NCBI GenBank assembly: GCA_030648205.1 | Contig: JAUSIH010000046.1 | Span: 67,147 to 131,146, forward strand | Direction: 5' to 3' | DNA: 64,000 nucleotides | From: Dehalococcoidia bacterium | GTDB lineage: Bacteria > Chloroflexota > Dehalococcoidia > JAUSIH01 | In this document: one piece after another, positions 28,040 through 37,574 of the stretch | How positions within the stretch are numbered: position 1 is the stretch's first letter | Layout: every line of letters starts with the position of its first letter | Translations under genes and position numbers: made by a program | The notes under the pieces: model-generated | What the model was told of the DNA's origin: nothing | What the model saw: only the letters and a program-made list of their open reading frames with translations | Database searches by the model: none

Positions 28040-29002
28040 ATGCATCAGTACATTGCCCGGCGTTTGCTGATGTTCCTGCCCGTCCTATTCGGGGTATCCG
28101 TGCTTATCTTCCTGCTCATGCGCGTCATTCCCGGCGACGTGGCGCGCCTTCTGCTCTCCGGCGGAGGCGAGGGTGGCACGGTGAGCGAGCGGGCGGTCCA
28201 GAAGGTGCGGCAGGACCTTGGCCTGGACAAGCCGCTGCACGTGCAATACGTCAACTGGATCGCGAGCCTGGCCCGGCTGGAGGTCGGCAAGTCGTACTAC
28301 TGAGGCAGGCAGGTGCTCCTGGTGATTGCGCAGCGATTACCCCTGACCGTTGAGCTCGCGGCGTTCACTATCGTCATCGCGGTGCTGATCGCGGTGCCGC
28401 TGGGGGCGCTGGCCGCGGTGCGCCAGGATACGTGGCTGGACTACGTGCTGCGCGTCGTCAGCATCGGCGGGCTGGCCATGCCGACGTTTTGGACGGCGAC
28501 GCTCATCATCCTCGGCCTGGCGGTCATCTTCGGCGCGCTGCCTCCGCTGGGCGTCACCAGCAGCCTTTTTGACGACCCGCTGAGAACCCTGCAACAGCTT
28601 GTCTGGCCCGCGCTTGCCCTCGGCTACTACGACGCGGCGATGATCAGCCGCATGACGCGGTCGCAGATGCTGGAGGTGCTGCGGCAGGACTACGTGCGCA
28701 CGGCGTGGGCGAAGGGGCTCCGCGAGCGGATGGTCCTCGTGCGCCACGCGCTGCGCAACGCCTTGCTGCCCGTGGTCACCATCGTCGGGTTGCAGTTCGC
28801 GTACCTGCTGGGCGGGACGGTCATCATGGAGAAGATATTCTTCCTGCCGGGCATGGGCAGCGCGCTGGTTGACTCCATTATCCGGCGCGACTATCCGATG
28901 ATTGAGAACATTGTCGTGCTCTTCGCCTTCATGGTGCTGGTCATGAACCTGCTCATCGACATTCTGTATGCGTGGCTCGACCCGCGCATCCGGTACGCCT
29001 AG
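28040..29002 (+). pseudogene. DppB/OppB-family permease interrupted by a single in-frame TGA (28301-28303); otherwise intact
   Basis: 87 codons, then TGA, then 229 codons in the same frame (...LEVGKSYY*GRQVLLVIAQRLPLTVEL...). In the paralogs at 22297 and 61094 the aligned residue is Ser/Asn/Thr, so Sec is unlikely. Either a nonsense mutation or a sequencing error. Confidence 0.5.
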
Positions 29003-29008
29003 CGCGCC

Positions 29009-29914
29009 GTGAGCGACGTTCCGCGCTCCGCTGGCGCCATAGCTGTTCCGGCTGTGTTCGCGTCGCGCGGTCCGAACGTGCTGCGCGCGGCGCTCACGCT
29101 GGCGCGGAGCAAGCCTCTGGGCGCGTTCGGCGCGGTGGTGATTCTGCTTGTGCTTTTCGTCGCCATCGCCGCGCCGCTCATTGCGCCCTACGACCCGCTG
29201 GCCATGAACTTTGACGCGCCGTTCGCGCCGCCGAGCGCGCGCTTCCTGGTGGGCGCGGACGAGTTCGGGCGGGACGTGTTGAGCCGCATCATCTGGGGTT
29301 CGCGCATTTCGCTGTACGTGGGGGTCGTTTCCGTGGTGCTGGGACAGTCCATCGGCGGCGCGCTGGGAGTCGTGAGCGGCTTTATGGGCGGGAAGGTGGA
29401 CGTGCTCGTCCAGCGGTTCGTGGACATGCTCATGTCCTTCCCCATGCTCGTTCTGGCGCTGTCCATCGTCGCGGCGCTGGGGCCGTCCCCGATCAACGTG
29501 GTCCTCGCCATCTCCATCGTCCAGGTCCCGCGCTCCTCGCGCATCATCCGGTCGGCGGCGCTGCTCGTCAAGGAGATGCAGTACGTGGACGCGGGGCGCG
29601 CCATCGGCGCGTCGGGCGCGCGCATCCTGTGGCGTCACGTCCTGCCCAACTGCGTCGCGCCGTTCATCGTCATCGCCAGCACCACCATGGGCCTGGCGAT
29701 TCTCACCGAGGCGTCGCTGAGCTTCCTGGGCGTCGGGACGCCGCCGCCGGACCCGTCGTGGGGCGCAATGCTCTCCGGCACCGGTCGCTCGTACGTGGAA
29801 ATCGCGCCCTGGCTGGCGATCTTTCCCGGTCTGGCCTTGACCCTGACCGTGTTTGGCTTTAATCTACTGGGCGACGCCCTTCGCGATATCCTCGACCCGC
29901 GACTGCGCAAGTAG
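29009..29914 (+). CDS. ABC transporter permease (DppC/OppC family)
   Basis: PLGAFGAVVILLVLFVAIAAPLIAPYDP...FLVGADEFGRDVLSRIIWG; 301 aa. Confidence 0.85.
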   Translation: MSDVPRSAGAIAVPAVFASRGPNVLRAALTLARSKPLGAFGAVVILLVLFVAIAAPLIAPYDPLAMNFDAPFAPPSARFLVGADEFGRDVLSRIIWGSRISLYVGVVSVVLGQSIGGALGVVSGFMGGKVDVLVQRFVDMLMSFPMLVLALSIVAALGPSPINVVLAISIVQVPRSSRIIRSAALLVKEMQYVDAGRAIGASGARILWRHVLPNCVAPFIVIASTTMGLAILTEASLSFLGVGTPPPDPSWGAMLSGTGRSYVEIAPWLAIFPGLALTLTVFGFNLLGDALRDILDPRLRK

Positions 29915-29956
29915 GCGACGCGGGCGTGTGGACCAGGGAAACGAGAGGAGCATGCA

Positions 29957-30886
29957 ATGGCCCTTCGAGACAGCTACAAGTTCCAGTACCAGACCGACCA
30001 GACGCTGAACAAGGACTACAAGAAAGACCCGCCGCAGGTCGTCATCTACGACAATGTGACGCCGAAGATCGCGCGCATCACCTTGAACAGGCCGGAGAAA
30101 CGGAACGCCTTCAACGACCGGATGTTCTGGGATGTGCTGTCCAGTCTCCACCGCGCGTATGACGACCCCGCGGTACGAGTGATCATCATCCGCGGCAACG
30201 GTCCCGTCTTCAGCTCGGGCCATGACCTCTCAGGCCCCAAGGACGAGAAAGGTCAGCCGGAGGAGACGCCCCCTATCCCGCCGGACATCAAGCCGGTCAT
30301 GCGCGACTACTTCAACGTGGAGCGGCGGCGGTGCGGCAAGCACGAAGACCTGTTCCATTTTCCCAAGGTGACTATTGCTCAGGTCCACGGCACGTGCATG
30401 GGCGCAGGCGAGCACATCGCTTGGTCGTGCGACCTGACGGTGGCGACGGAGGACGCCCAGTTCGGGCAGGTGGGCTTTGGCCGCTTCCCCGGCGGCGCCG
30501 GACGATGGATGGGCGCGTGGCCGCTGGGATCAAATGTCTCCCGGTGCGGCACGGTGCTCGACCAGGTGTCAGGCAAGGCCGCCTATGACGCCGGCCTCAT
30601 CACCCTGGCCGTCCCGAAGGAGCGGCTGGAGCAGGAGACCCTGCGCCTTGCCCACGGGGTCGCGGAGCTGCCGCCGGATGCCCTGGCGTTGTCCAAGGAC
30701 CTCTGGGGCGGCGTGAACGATATCCAGGGTATTGGGAGGGCCTGGCGCTCCCACTACGGGTGGCACATGTGCCTTCAATTCGTGCGCTTCCCGCCCGGCG
30801 AGACCAACTTCTACAAGCTGCGTCGCGACAAGGGCCTCAAAGGCTACTTTGAGCAGCGCCGGACCGCGGCCACGCCCAAGGCCTAG
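29957..30886 (+). CDS. Divergent crotonase-fold (enoyl-CoA hydratase/isomerase family) protein
   Basis: ITLNRPEKRNAF, GNGPVFSSGHDL; shares lineage-specific motifs RDYFNVERRRC and YKLRRDKGLKGYF with the 59235-60170 paralog. Confidence 0.7.
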   Translation: MALRDSYKFQYQTDQTLNKDYKKDPPQVVIYDNVTPKIARITLNRPEKRNAFNDRMFWDVLSSLHRAYDDPAVRVIIIRGNGPVFSSGHDLSGPKDEKGQPEETPPIPPDIKPVMRDYFNVERRRCGKHEDLFHFPKVTIAQVHGTCMGAGEHIAWSCDLTVATEDAQFGQVGFGRFPGGAGRWMGAWPLGSNVSRCGTVLDQVSGKAAYDAGLITLAVPKERLEQETLRLAHGVAELPPDALALSKDLWGGVNDIQGIGRAWRSHYGWHMCLQFVRFPPGETNFYKLRRDKGLKGYFEQRRTAATPKA

Positions 30887-30898
30887 CTGAAGCAGGGG

Positions 30899-32164
30899 AT
30901 GGGAGTAGTGGTGAGGGCAACGACTTCCGCGCAAGCAGCAGCCCGCCAGCAGGCGGGGGAGACTCCGCAAGGCGGAGCCGAGGGCGTGGCCCTCTACGTC
31001 CATGTCCCCTTCTGCGCTACCAAGTGCCGCTACTGCGACTTCAACGCCTACGCCCGGATGGAGCGGCTCATCCCGGCTTTCGTGGAGGCCCTCCTGCGGG
31101 AATTGGAGGCGTGGAGCGGCATCCTGGGGCCAGTCCGCGTTCCCACCATTTTCTTTGGTGGCGGCACGCCGTCCCTGCTGCCGTCCGGGGACGTGGCCCG
31201 ATTCCTGGACGCGGCGCGTCGCGTCTTCAGCCTGGACCCCGCGGCTGAGGTCAGCCTGGAGGCCAACCCGGACGACGTCACGGAAGCCAGGCTGCGTCAA
31301 CTCCGGGAGTCCGGGGTGAACCGGCTCAGCATGGGCGTCCAGAGCTTTGACGACGGCCTGCTGCGGTCCCTTGACCGGCGTCACACCGCAGCCGAGGCGG
31401 CGGAAGCCTTTCAGATGGCGCGGGCTGCTGGCTTCGACAACATCAACCTGGACCTGATATATGGCCTGTGCGGCCAGACGCTGGCCCAGTGGGAGGCGAC
31501 GCTGGAACGCGCGGTGGCCCTGCGCCCGGAGCACCTTTCACTGTACGCTCTGACCATCGAGGAGCACACGCCGCTCTGGGACGACGTGCGCCGGGGCCGC
31601 AGTCCGGAGCCGGACCCGGACCTGGCCGCGGACATGTACGTCATGGCAGAGGACCGCCTGGCCGCCGTGGGATACCGCCACTACGAGATCTCCAACTGGG
31701 TGCTCCCTGGCCGGGCCTGCCGCCACAACCTGGTGTACTGGCGAAACCAACCCTACCTGGGACTGGGGCCCGGCGCCCACTCCCGCATTGGCGCGTATCG
31801 CTTCCATGACGTCCTCTCGCCCGCGGAGTACACGCGGCGCGCCGCCGGGCTTTCGATAGCCGCGGGGCCGCAACCGCTGAGCGCCGAAGTCGTGCGTGGC
31901 CTGCCGACTGTCGCTGGCGTGGACGAAGTGAGCGCGGCCACGGATGCGGCGGACACCCTCATCCTGGGACTGCGTCTGGACGAGGGCGTTGACGCGGGTG
32001 ATGTGGCGCGGCGTTTCCCAGACGCGGAGGTTGGTCGGTGGGACAGCGTCATCCGTGAGATGTGCGCGGCGGGCCTCCTGGAGCGCGAGGGCGGCGTCCT
32101 GCGGCTGACCCGGCGCGGACGGCTGCTGGGCAATGAGGTCTTTCTGCGCTTCCTGCCCGGCTAG
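30899..32164 (+). CDS. hemW: Radical SAM heme chaperone HemW (coproporphyrinogen III oxidase-like)
   Basis: LYVHVPFCATKCRYCDF CxxxCxxC radical-SAM motif and HemN-like C-terminal region. Start uncertain because of an N-terminal extension. Confidence 0.8.
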   Translation: MGVVVRATTSAQAAARQQAGETPQGGAEGVALYVHVPFCATKCRYCDFNAYARMERLIPAFVEALLRELEAWSGILGPVRVPTIFFGGGTPSLLPSGDVARFLDAARRVFSLDPAAEVSLEANPDDVTEARLRQLRESGVNRLSMGVQSFDDGLLRSLDRRHTAAEAAEAFQMARAAGFDNINLDLIYGLCGQTLAQWEATLERAVALRPEHLSLYALTIEEHTPLWDDVRRGRSPEPDPDLAADMYVMAEDRLAAVGYRHYEISNWVLPGRACRHNLVYWRNQPYLGLGPGAHSRIGAYRFHDVLSPAEYTRRAAGLSIAAGPQPLSAEVVRGLPTVAGVDEVSAATDAADTLILGLRLDEGVDAGDVARRFPDAEVGRWDSVIREMCAAGLLEREGGVLRLTRRGRLLGNEVFLRFLPG

Positions 32165-32234
32165 CTTCGCTCCTCCCGTCTCCGCCCATTGCCTCTGCTT
32201 CAATCACTCCGCTATACTCGATGCAGGTGAAGCT

Positions 32235-34094
32235 ATGTATGTCATCGGCACCGCCGGACACGTCGACCACGGCAAGTCCACCCTCGTCAAAGCCCTGACC
32301 GGCATTGACCCCGACCGCCTCCGCGAGGAGAAGGAGCGGGAGATGACCATTGACCTGGGCTTCGCCTGGCTGCTTTTGCCGAGCGGGGCCGAGGTCAGCG
32401 TGGTGGACGTGCCCGGCCATGAGCGCTTCGTGAAGAACATGCTGGCGGGCGTCGGAGGCATTGACCTCGCGCTGCTCATCGTCGCCGCCGACGAGGGAGT
32501 CATGCCCCAGACTCGTGAGCATCTGGCTATCCTGGACCTCTTGCGCGTGAAGCGGGGCATCGTGGTCATCACCAAGAAGGACCTGGTGGACCAGGAGTGG
32601 CTGACTCTGGTCATGTCCGACGTGCGGGAGACGCTCAAGGGGACGGCGCTGGAGGATGCGCCCATGTCCGCCGTTTCGTCGGTGACGGGCGAGGGCATCA
32701 AGGAGCTGACTCAGCTTATTGAGACGGAGCTTCAGGCCACGCCCCGTCGGCGCGACACGGGTCGTCCGCGGCTGCCCATTGACCGGGTGTTCAGCGTCGT
32801 GGGCTTCGGCACCGTGGTCACGGGTACGCTCACCGACGGTCGGCTAACCGTGGGCGAGGAGCTGGAGGTCCTCCCCAAGGGGCTGAAGGCGCGCGTCCGC
32901 GGGCTGCAGTCGCATAAGAAGAAGGTGGACGAGCTGCCGCCGGGCACCCGCGCGGCGGTCAACCTGACGGGCGTGGACGCGGACCAGTTGGCGCGCGGCG
33001 ACGTGCTGACCACGCCGGGTTGGCTGCGTCCCACCGAGGCGGCGGACGTGAAGCTGCGCATCCTGCCCAGCGCCCCCATGGCCGTCGGGCACAACGCCTC
33101 GGTCATTCTCTACATTGGCACGTCGGAGGTGCCGGCCCGGGTCCGCCTGCTGGACGCGGATGAGCTGAAGCAGGGCGAGACCTCGTGGGCGCAGGTGCAC
33201 ATGGAGAAGCCCATCGTCGCGGTCAAGGGCGACTACTTCATCATCCGCAACTCGGCGGGCACTCTCGGCGGCGGCGAGATCGTGGACCCGCACGCGCGGC
33301 GCCACCGGCGGCGCCAGCAGAGCCTCCTGGACCGGCTCACCGTGATGGAGCAGGGATCGCCGGAGGAGATAGTGCTGAAAGCGATGGAGGCGGCGGAAGG
33401 CTCCGAGGCCCGCGGCCTGGCAAGCCGCGCGAACATGGCGTGGGCGGACATCCAGGGTGTTCTCCAGACCCTTGCGGAGAGCAAGCGGGCCGTCGCGCTG
33501 GCGGAGCGAGTGAGCCAGAACACGCTGGTCTATTCAGCGCAAGGTTGGAAGTCCCTCCAGGAGAAAGCGCGACAGGTGCTGGAGCAGTACCACAGGCAGT
33601 ACCCGCTGCGCCGGGGCGCGTCCAAGGAGGAGCTGCGCAGCCGTCTGAATGTGACGGCCTCCGCCTTCGTGTCCATCCTGCGGCGCCTCCAGGCCGAGGG
33701 CGCGCTTGTGGAGGAAGGCGCCACCGTACATTTGCCCGCGCACCATGTCCGGCTCGCGCCGGAGCAGCAGGCCGCCGCCGACCGCTATCTGCGCGCCCTG
33801 ATCGAGAAGCCGTACTCGCCCTTCGGCGACGCGGCGATTGACCAGGACCTCTTGAGCGTGCTCATTGACCAGCGGAAGGTCGTCCGGTGCAGCGAGGACG
33901 TGGTGTTCGCCGCCGCGGCCTACGACGACATGGCGCGCCAGGTGGTGGAGCGCATCAAGCAGCAGGGCAAGGTCACGGTGGGCGAGATGCGGGACATGTT
34001 CAGCACGAGCCGCAAGTATGCGCTGGCGCTGGCCGAGTATCTGGACCAGCAGCACGTCACGCGCAGGGTGGGGGATGAGCGCGTCCTGCGGTAA
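32235..34094 (+). CDS. selB: Selenocysteine-specific translation elongation factor SelB
   Basis: MYVIGTAGHVDHGKSTLVKALTG G-domain, EF-Tu-like domains II/III, and a C-terminal winged-helix extension (...KYALALAEYLDQQHVTRRVGDERVLR); 620 aa from ATG 32235. Confidence 0.9.
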   Translation: MYVIGTAGHVDHGKSTLVKALTGIDPDRLREEKEREMTIDLGFAWLLLPSGAEVSVVDVPGHERFVKNMLAGVGGIDLALLIVAADEGVMPQTREHLAILDLLRVKRGIVVITKKDLVDQEWLTLVMSDVRETLKGTALEDAPMSAVSSVTGEGIKELTQLIETELQATPRRRDTGRPRLPIDRVFSVVGFGTVVTGTLTDGRLTVGEELEVLPKGLKARVRGLQSHKKKVDELPPGTRAAVNLTGVDADQLARGDVLTTPGWLRPTEAADVKLRILPSAPMAVGHNASVILYIGTSEVPARVRLLDADELKQGETSWAQVHMEKPIVAVKGDYFIIRNSAGTLGGGEIVDPHARRHRRRQQSLLDRLTVMEQGSPEEIVLKAMEAAEGSEARGLASRANMAWADIQGVLQTLAESKRAVALAERVSQNTLVYSAQGWKSLQEKARQVLEQYHRQYPLRRGASKEELRSRLNVTASAFVSILRRLQAEGALVEEGATVHLPAHHVRLAPEQQAAADRYLRALIEKPYSPFGDAAIDQDLLSVLIDQRKVVRCSEDVVFAAAAYDDMARQVVERIKQQGKVTVGEMRDMFSTSRKYALALAEYLDQQHVTRRVGDERVLR

Positions 34095-34120
34095 TCGCTA
34101 ATGTCCTGTTTTGGAAACAC

Positions 34121-34280
34121 GTTCCCTAGTCCATGTCATACCGGCGGAAGCCGGTATCCAGAGAAGCACCGGGGAACGCTGGATTCCGGCTTTCGCCGGA
34201 AAGACGGTAAGTGACCAGGGGCGTTTCCTTGAACAATTTCTCATGCATGAAACAGTATGCGTACTTCGGGGACAGGACAC
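34121..34280. repeat. Copy 2 (inverted) of the roughly 155-bp structured repeat; partner at 16233-16390
   Basis: Reverse complement aligns with copy 1 at about 90% identity. Fills the convergent gap between the selB stop (34094) and the pyrE stop (34280). Confidence 0.8.
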
Positions 34281-34969
34281 TAGGCCGGGGAGTCGCCGGG
34301 CCGCTTCTCGGCGGCGGCCTCCGCCCTGTGGGTCTCCATGTAGTCCAGGCTTTGCCGGTACTGTTCCTCGGTTATAAGCCCTTCGGCCATGTAGAAGTTG
34401 AGCATGACCTTGAGGCTGAGGAGCCGCAGGACGCCGTACCCGTGGAGCTTCAAACGCTCGATGCCCCCCTGGTCGCGGTCCACCAGCACGACGGCGTTGC
34501 GGACCCGCAGGCCGGCGGCCTCCAGGGTGCGGGTGGTCTCCAGAAGGCTTCCGCCGGTGGTCATCAGGTCGTCCACCACCAGGACGCGCTGGCCCTGCTG
34601 GAACAGCCCCTCGATGCGTGGCGCGCCGTTCTTCTGGTGGTCCGGACGGACGTACATCATAGGGACCTGCGCGTGAAGGGACAAGGCCGTGGCCAGGTGC
34701 AGCCCGCCGACGGGGACGCCGGCGACAAGCTGAAAATCAGCGCACTCAGGGCGCGCCATGAGCTGCTTGGCTCTGATGTCCTCCAGCATGATGCGGGCGA
34801 CTCGTCGGAGGACGTTTGGCTTGCTGATGAGCACACGGGGGTTGATATACACGGGCGAGTGGCGGGTCGTCCGGCCCAGGGTGAAGTCGCCGAACTGCAC
34901 GCCGCCAAGGTCGAAGAGCTCTTTGGCGATCCACAAGTTACCTGGGGGGAGAGACTTAGGAGAGGACAT
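34280..34969 (-). CDS. pyrE: Orotate phosphoribosyltransferase
   Basis: PRPP-binding motif VLVVDDLMTTGGS; 229 aa. Confidence 0.9.
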   Translation of the reverse strand: MSSPKSLPPGNLWIAKELFDLGGVQFGDFTLGRTTRHSPVYINPRVLISKPNVLRRVARIMLEDIRAKQLMARPECADFQLVAGVPVGGLHLATALSLHAQVPMMYVRPDHQKNGAPRIEGLFQQGQRVLVVDDLMTTGGSLLETTRTLEAAGLRVRNAVVLVDRDQGGIERLKLHGYGVLRLLSLKVMLNFYMAEGLITEEQYRQSLDYMETHRAEAAAEKRPGDSPA

Positions 34970-35155
34970 ATTTACTCTCTTGGTGCGAAAATCGCCACAT
35001 TGTGTATCATTCTAGCAGAGACGGGGAATGCCCAGCAAGGCGAGGCCGCGGGTATGCAAGGCCATGTCGCCCTTGTTGCGGGCGCTTCGTCCGCGCTGGT
35101 ACAATCGTGCTCTGCGTTCAGACGGGCAGGTGTGCGAGACCAAGGAGGGAGGGTC

Positions 35156-35929
35156 ATGCCGGTTGAGATAATTGCCAGCGACGCCAGCATCCCGGGCGAG
35201 GGCGGCAAGACGATGGCGGCCCACGTGGCGCGTCCCAAGGCCACCGGGAAGTACCCCGTGGTCGTGGTCATCATCGAGGCCTTCGGCCTGAACCGCCATA
35301 TTGAAGATGTGGCGGAGCGCTTCGCTCGCGAGGGCTACGTGAGCATTGCGCCGGACTTCTACTATCGGGAGGGCCACAAGGCGGCTGCGGCCTACGCCGA
35401 CCTCGTCAGCGCGCGCCGATTGATGAGCTCGATAGTGGACAGCAAGTACGCGGAGGACATGCGGCGCGTCCTGGACTTCTTGAGGGAGCAGGACTATGCG
35501 TTGGTGAGCAGGTTGGGCACCGTGGGCTTCTGCATGGGCGGGCGCCTGTCGTACCTTGCCGCTTGCCAGGCGCCGGGCGACGTGAAGGCCTGCGTGGTGT
35601 TCTATGGCGGGCGCATCGTCACGCGGGACCGCACCGCCAGCGCGCCTGTCCCGCCCGTGGAGATGACATCCAACCTCGAGGCGCCTGTCCTCGGGTTCTT
35701 CGGCGACCTGGACGCGGGCATTCCCTTGGACGATATCAAGGAGTTGGAGGCCACGCTCAAACGGCTTGGGAAATCCGGCGAGTTCCACGTGTACAAGGGG
35801 GCGCCTCACGGCTTCTTCTGCGACGAGCGCGGCACCTTCCGTCCGGAGGCGGCGAAGGACGCATGGCAACGCACGCTCGTTTTCTTCCAGAGGCACTTGA
35901 AGGCGGGAACGCCCACGGGGAGCCGTTGA
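35156..35929 (+). CDS. Dienelactone hydrolase family protein
   Basis: VVVVIIEAFGLNRHIEDVAERFAREGYVSIAPDFY and a GFCMGG nucleophile elbow. ATG 35156 after AAGGAGGGA. The long upstream ORF in the six-frame track is antisense to pyrE and is treated as an artefact. Confidence 0.8.
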   Translation: MPVEIIASDASIPGEGGKTMAAHVARPKATGKYPVVVVIIEAFGLNRHIEDVAERFAREGYVSIAPDFYYREGHKAAAAYADLVSARRLMSSIVDSKYAEDMRRVLDFLREQDYALVSRLGTVGFCMGGRLSYLAACQAPGDVKACVVFYGGRIVTRDRTASAPVPPVEMTSNLEAPVLGFFGDLDAGIPLDDIKELEATLKRLGKSGEFHVYKGAPHGFFCDERGTFRPEAAKDAWQRTLVFFQRHLKAGTPTGSR

Positions 35930-36768
35930 TGATGAAGGACGCGCGCGGGCAATCGGCCCGCCGTCCCTCAGGCGACGTGAAGGCGGCCCGAGGCCGCGAA
36001 CCTGCCGTGGCTGCCGTACCGGCGCTGCATGTTTTTGGCGTAACGGATATGCCGGAAGTCCGGTCTGGCTCCGACCTGGCCGCCTTGATCATCGAGGCGC
36101 TGGCCCGCCAGAAGACTCCGCTTCTATCCGGCGACGTGGTGGTCGTGACGCAGAAAGTGGTCTCAAAGGCGGAAGGCCAGTTGGTTAGACTTGGCGGCGT
36201 GCGTCCGTCCGCGTTTGCTCGCTATCTGGCTGGCTGGAGCGGCAAAGACGCCCGCCGAGTGGAGGTCGTGCTCCGCGAGACGCGGCGTATCGTGAAGATG
36301 GACCAGGGGCTGCTGGTCTGTGAGACGCACCACGGCCTCGTCTGCGCTGACGCGGGGGTGGACGAGTCCAACGTGCCGGGGCCCTCCGTCGTCACCCTCC
36401 TGCCCAAGGACCCGGACGCCTCCGCCCGTCGGCTGCGCGAGACCCTGGAGCGCCACTATGGCGTGCCCCTGGCAGTCGTCATCTCGGACACCTTCGGTCG
36501 GCCGTGGCGCAAGGGCATCACGAACGTGGCGATCGGCGCGAGCGGCATTCAGACGATGCGGGACTACAAGGGGGAAAAAGACCCCTCCGGCTACGTGCTG
36601 AAGGGCACGGTCATCGCCGTGGCCGACGAGCTTGCGGCTTCGGCTGAGCTGGTTATGGGGAAGCTGCAGGGTGTGCCTGTCGCCGTGGTGCGCGGGTACG
36701 ATTACGAGCGTGCGGACGGGGGCGCCAGGGAGATGGTCTGGGAGCCGGATCACGACCTTTTCAGATAG
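35929..36768 (+). CDS. cofE: Coenzyme F420-0:L-glutamate ligase (gamma-glutamyl ligase)
   Basis: CofE motifs LHVFGVTDMPEVRSGSDLAALI, VVVVTQKVVSKAEG, VCADAGVDESN. The ATGATG start overlaps the upstream stop; an internal GTG start is also possible. Confidence 0.78.
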   Translation: MMKDARGQSARRPSGDVKAARGREPAVAAVPALHVFGVTDMPEVRSGSDLAALIIEALARQKTPLLSGDVVVVTQKVVSKAEGQLVRLGGVRPSAFARYLAGWSGKDARRVEVVLRETRRIVKMDQGLLVCETHHGLVCADAGVDESNVPGPSVVTLLPKDPDASARRLRETLERHYGVPLAVVISDTFGRPWRKGITNVAIGASGIQTMRDYKGEKDPSGYVLKGTVIAVADELAASAELVMGKLQGVPVAVVRGYDYERADGGAREMVWEPDHDLFR

Positions 36769-36919
36769 CAGGCCCGCCGCGTGGTCCAGGCTCTCCGGGT
36801 ACCGCGTTGTCTCGCGGGAAGCCGGACTCGTCATGTCAGCACTTTTCGTATAACGTATAATAGGACTTGAGTACCATGCAACAGACTGCGGCATGGGAAG
36901 TCTTTAAAGGAGGGCCGTC

Positions 36920-37507
36920 ATGGATAAGCCCCTCATGTTCGTGCATGACCGGCGCATGGAAGGCGTCTGGCCTCTGATTCTAGCGCCTCTGATTGCAATT
37001 CTCATCATCGTGGCCAGCAAATCGTATGTGGTGATGGACCCCGCCATCGCGCCCATCGCCCTCGTACTGATCGCCATCCCAGGCCTCTATCGCGTTTTCT
37101 GGGGCAAATCCGAGGTTGTCGTTGACACGTCCAAAGGCGCGGTCTCGCTGCGTCAGGGACCCGGGAGGCAGGAGAAGAAGCTTGCTTCCCTCGCGGATGT
37201 CCAGCGAGCGGACGTGGCGATGGTGTACCGCGGCAAGACGCCGCTCTATCGGCCATATCTTCTGCTCAAGAACAACACACGGGTGGAGCTTATGCCCGAC
37301 TGCGACAAGATGCAGCAGTCCCATGCTCCCGCCGCTGCCGTCAACGATGCGATCAGCCTGGCGCCCGAGGTGCGGGCCAAGCTGGCGATGATGAGTCAGA
37401 AGGCCAGCGGCGGCGGCGTCTCCAGCCAGGCTGCCATCCTCTGGGTGGTTGTCATCGTGCTCGTTGTGATCACCATTGTCACGCTGGCGGTCACCACGGG
37501 GACATAG
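36920..37507 (+). CDS. Hypothetical membrane protein (two N-terminal and one C-terminal TM helices)
   Basis: 195-aa ORF with a good RBS (AAAGGAGGG) and hydrophobic segments; no known domain. Confidence 0.5.
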   Translation: MDKPLMFVHDRRMEGVWPLILAPLIAILIIVASKSYVVMDPAIAPIALVLIAIPGLYRVFWGKSEVVVDTSKGAVSLRQGPGRQEKKLASLADVQRADVAMVYRGKTPLYRPYLLLKNNTRVELMPDCDKMQQSHAPAAAVNDAISLAPEVRAKLAMMSQKASGGGVSSQAAILWVVVIVLVVITIVTLAVTTGT

Positions 37508-37574
37508 GCCCTGCCGAGAGGAAAGGTGTCCGCCCGCTGTGCCGCGAGGCGGCGAATTCCGAGAAGGCCTCGCG

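Noticed and set aside
28301-28303. Possibility that the in-frame TGA in the DppB-like permease is a third selenocysteine codon
   Set aside because: The aligned position in paralogs is Ser/Asn/Thr in a periplasmic loop, there is no redox motif, there is no convincing downstream hairpin, and it is not conserved in the paralogs. A nonsense mutation or sequencing error is more parsimonious.
34211-35929. 572-aa ORF in the six-frame track starting inside the repeat element and running antisense through pyrE
   Set aside because: Only the last 257 codons (from ATG 35156 with a strong RBS) resemble a real protein (dienelactone hydrolase). The upstream part is antisense to the well-supported pyrE gene and begins within the intergenic repeat.
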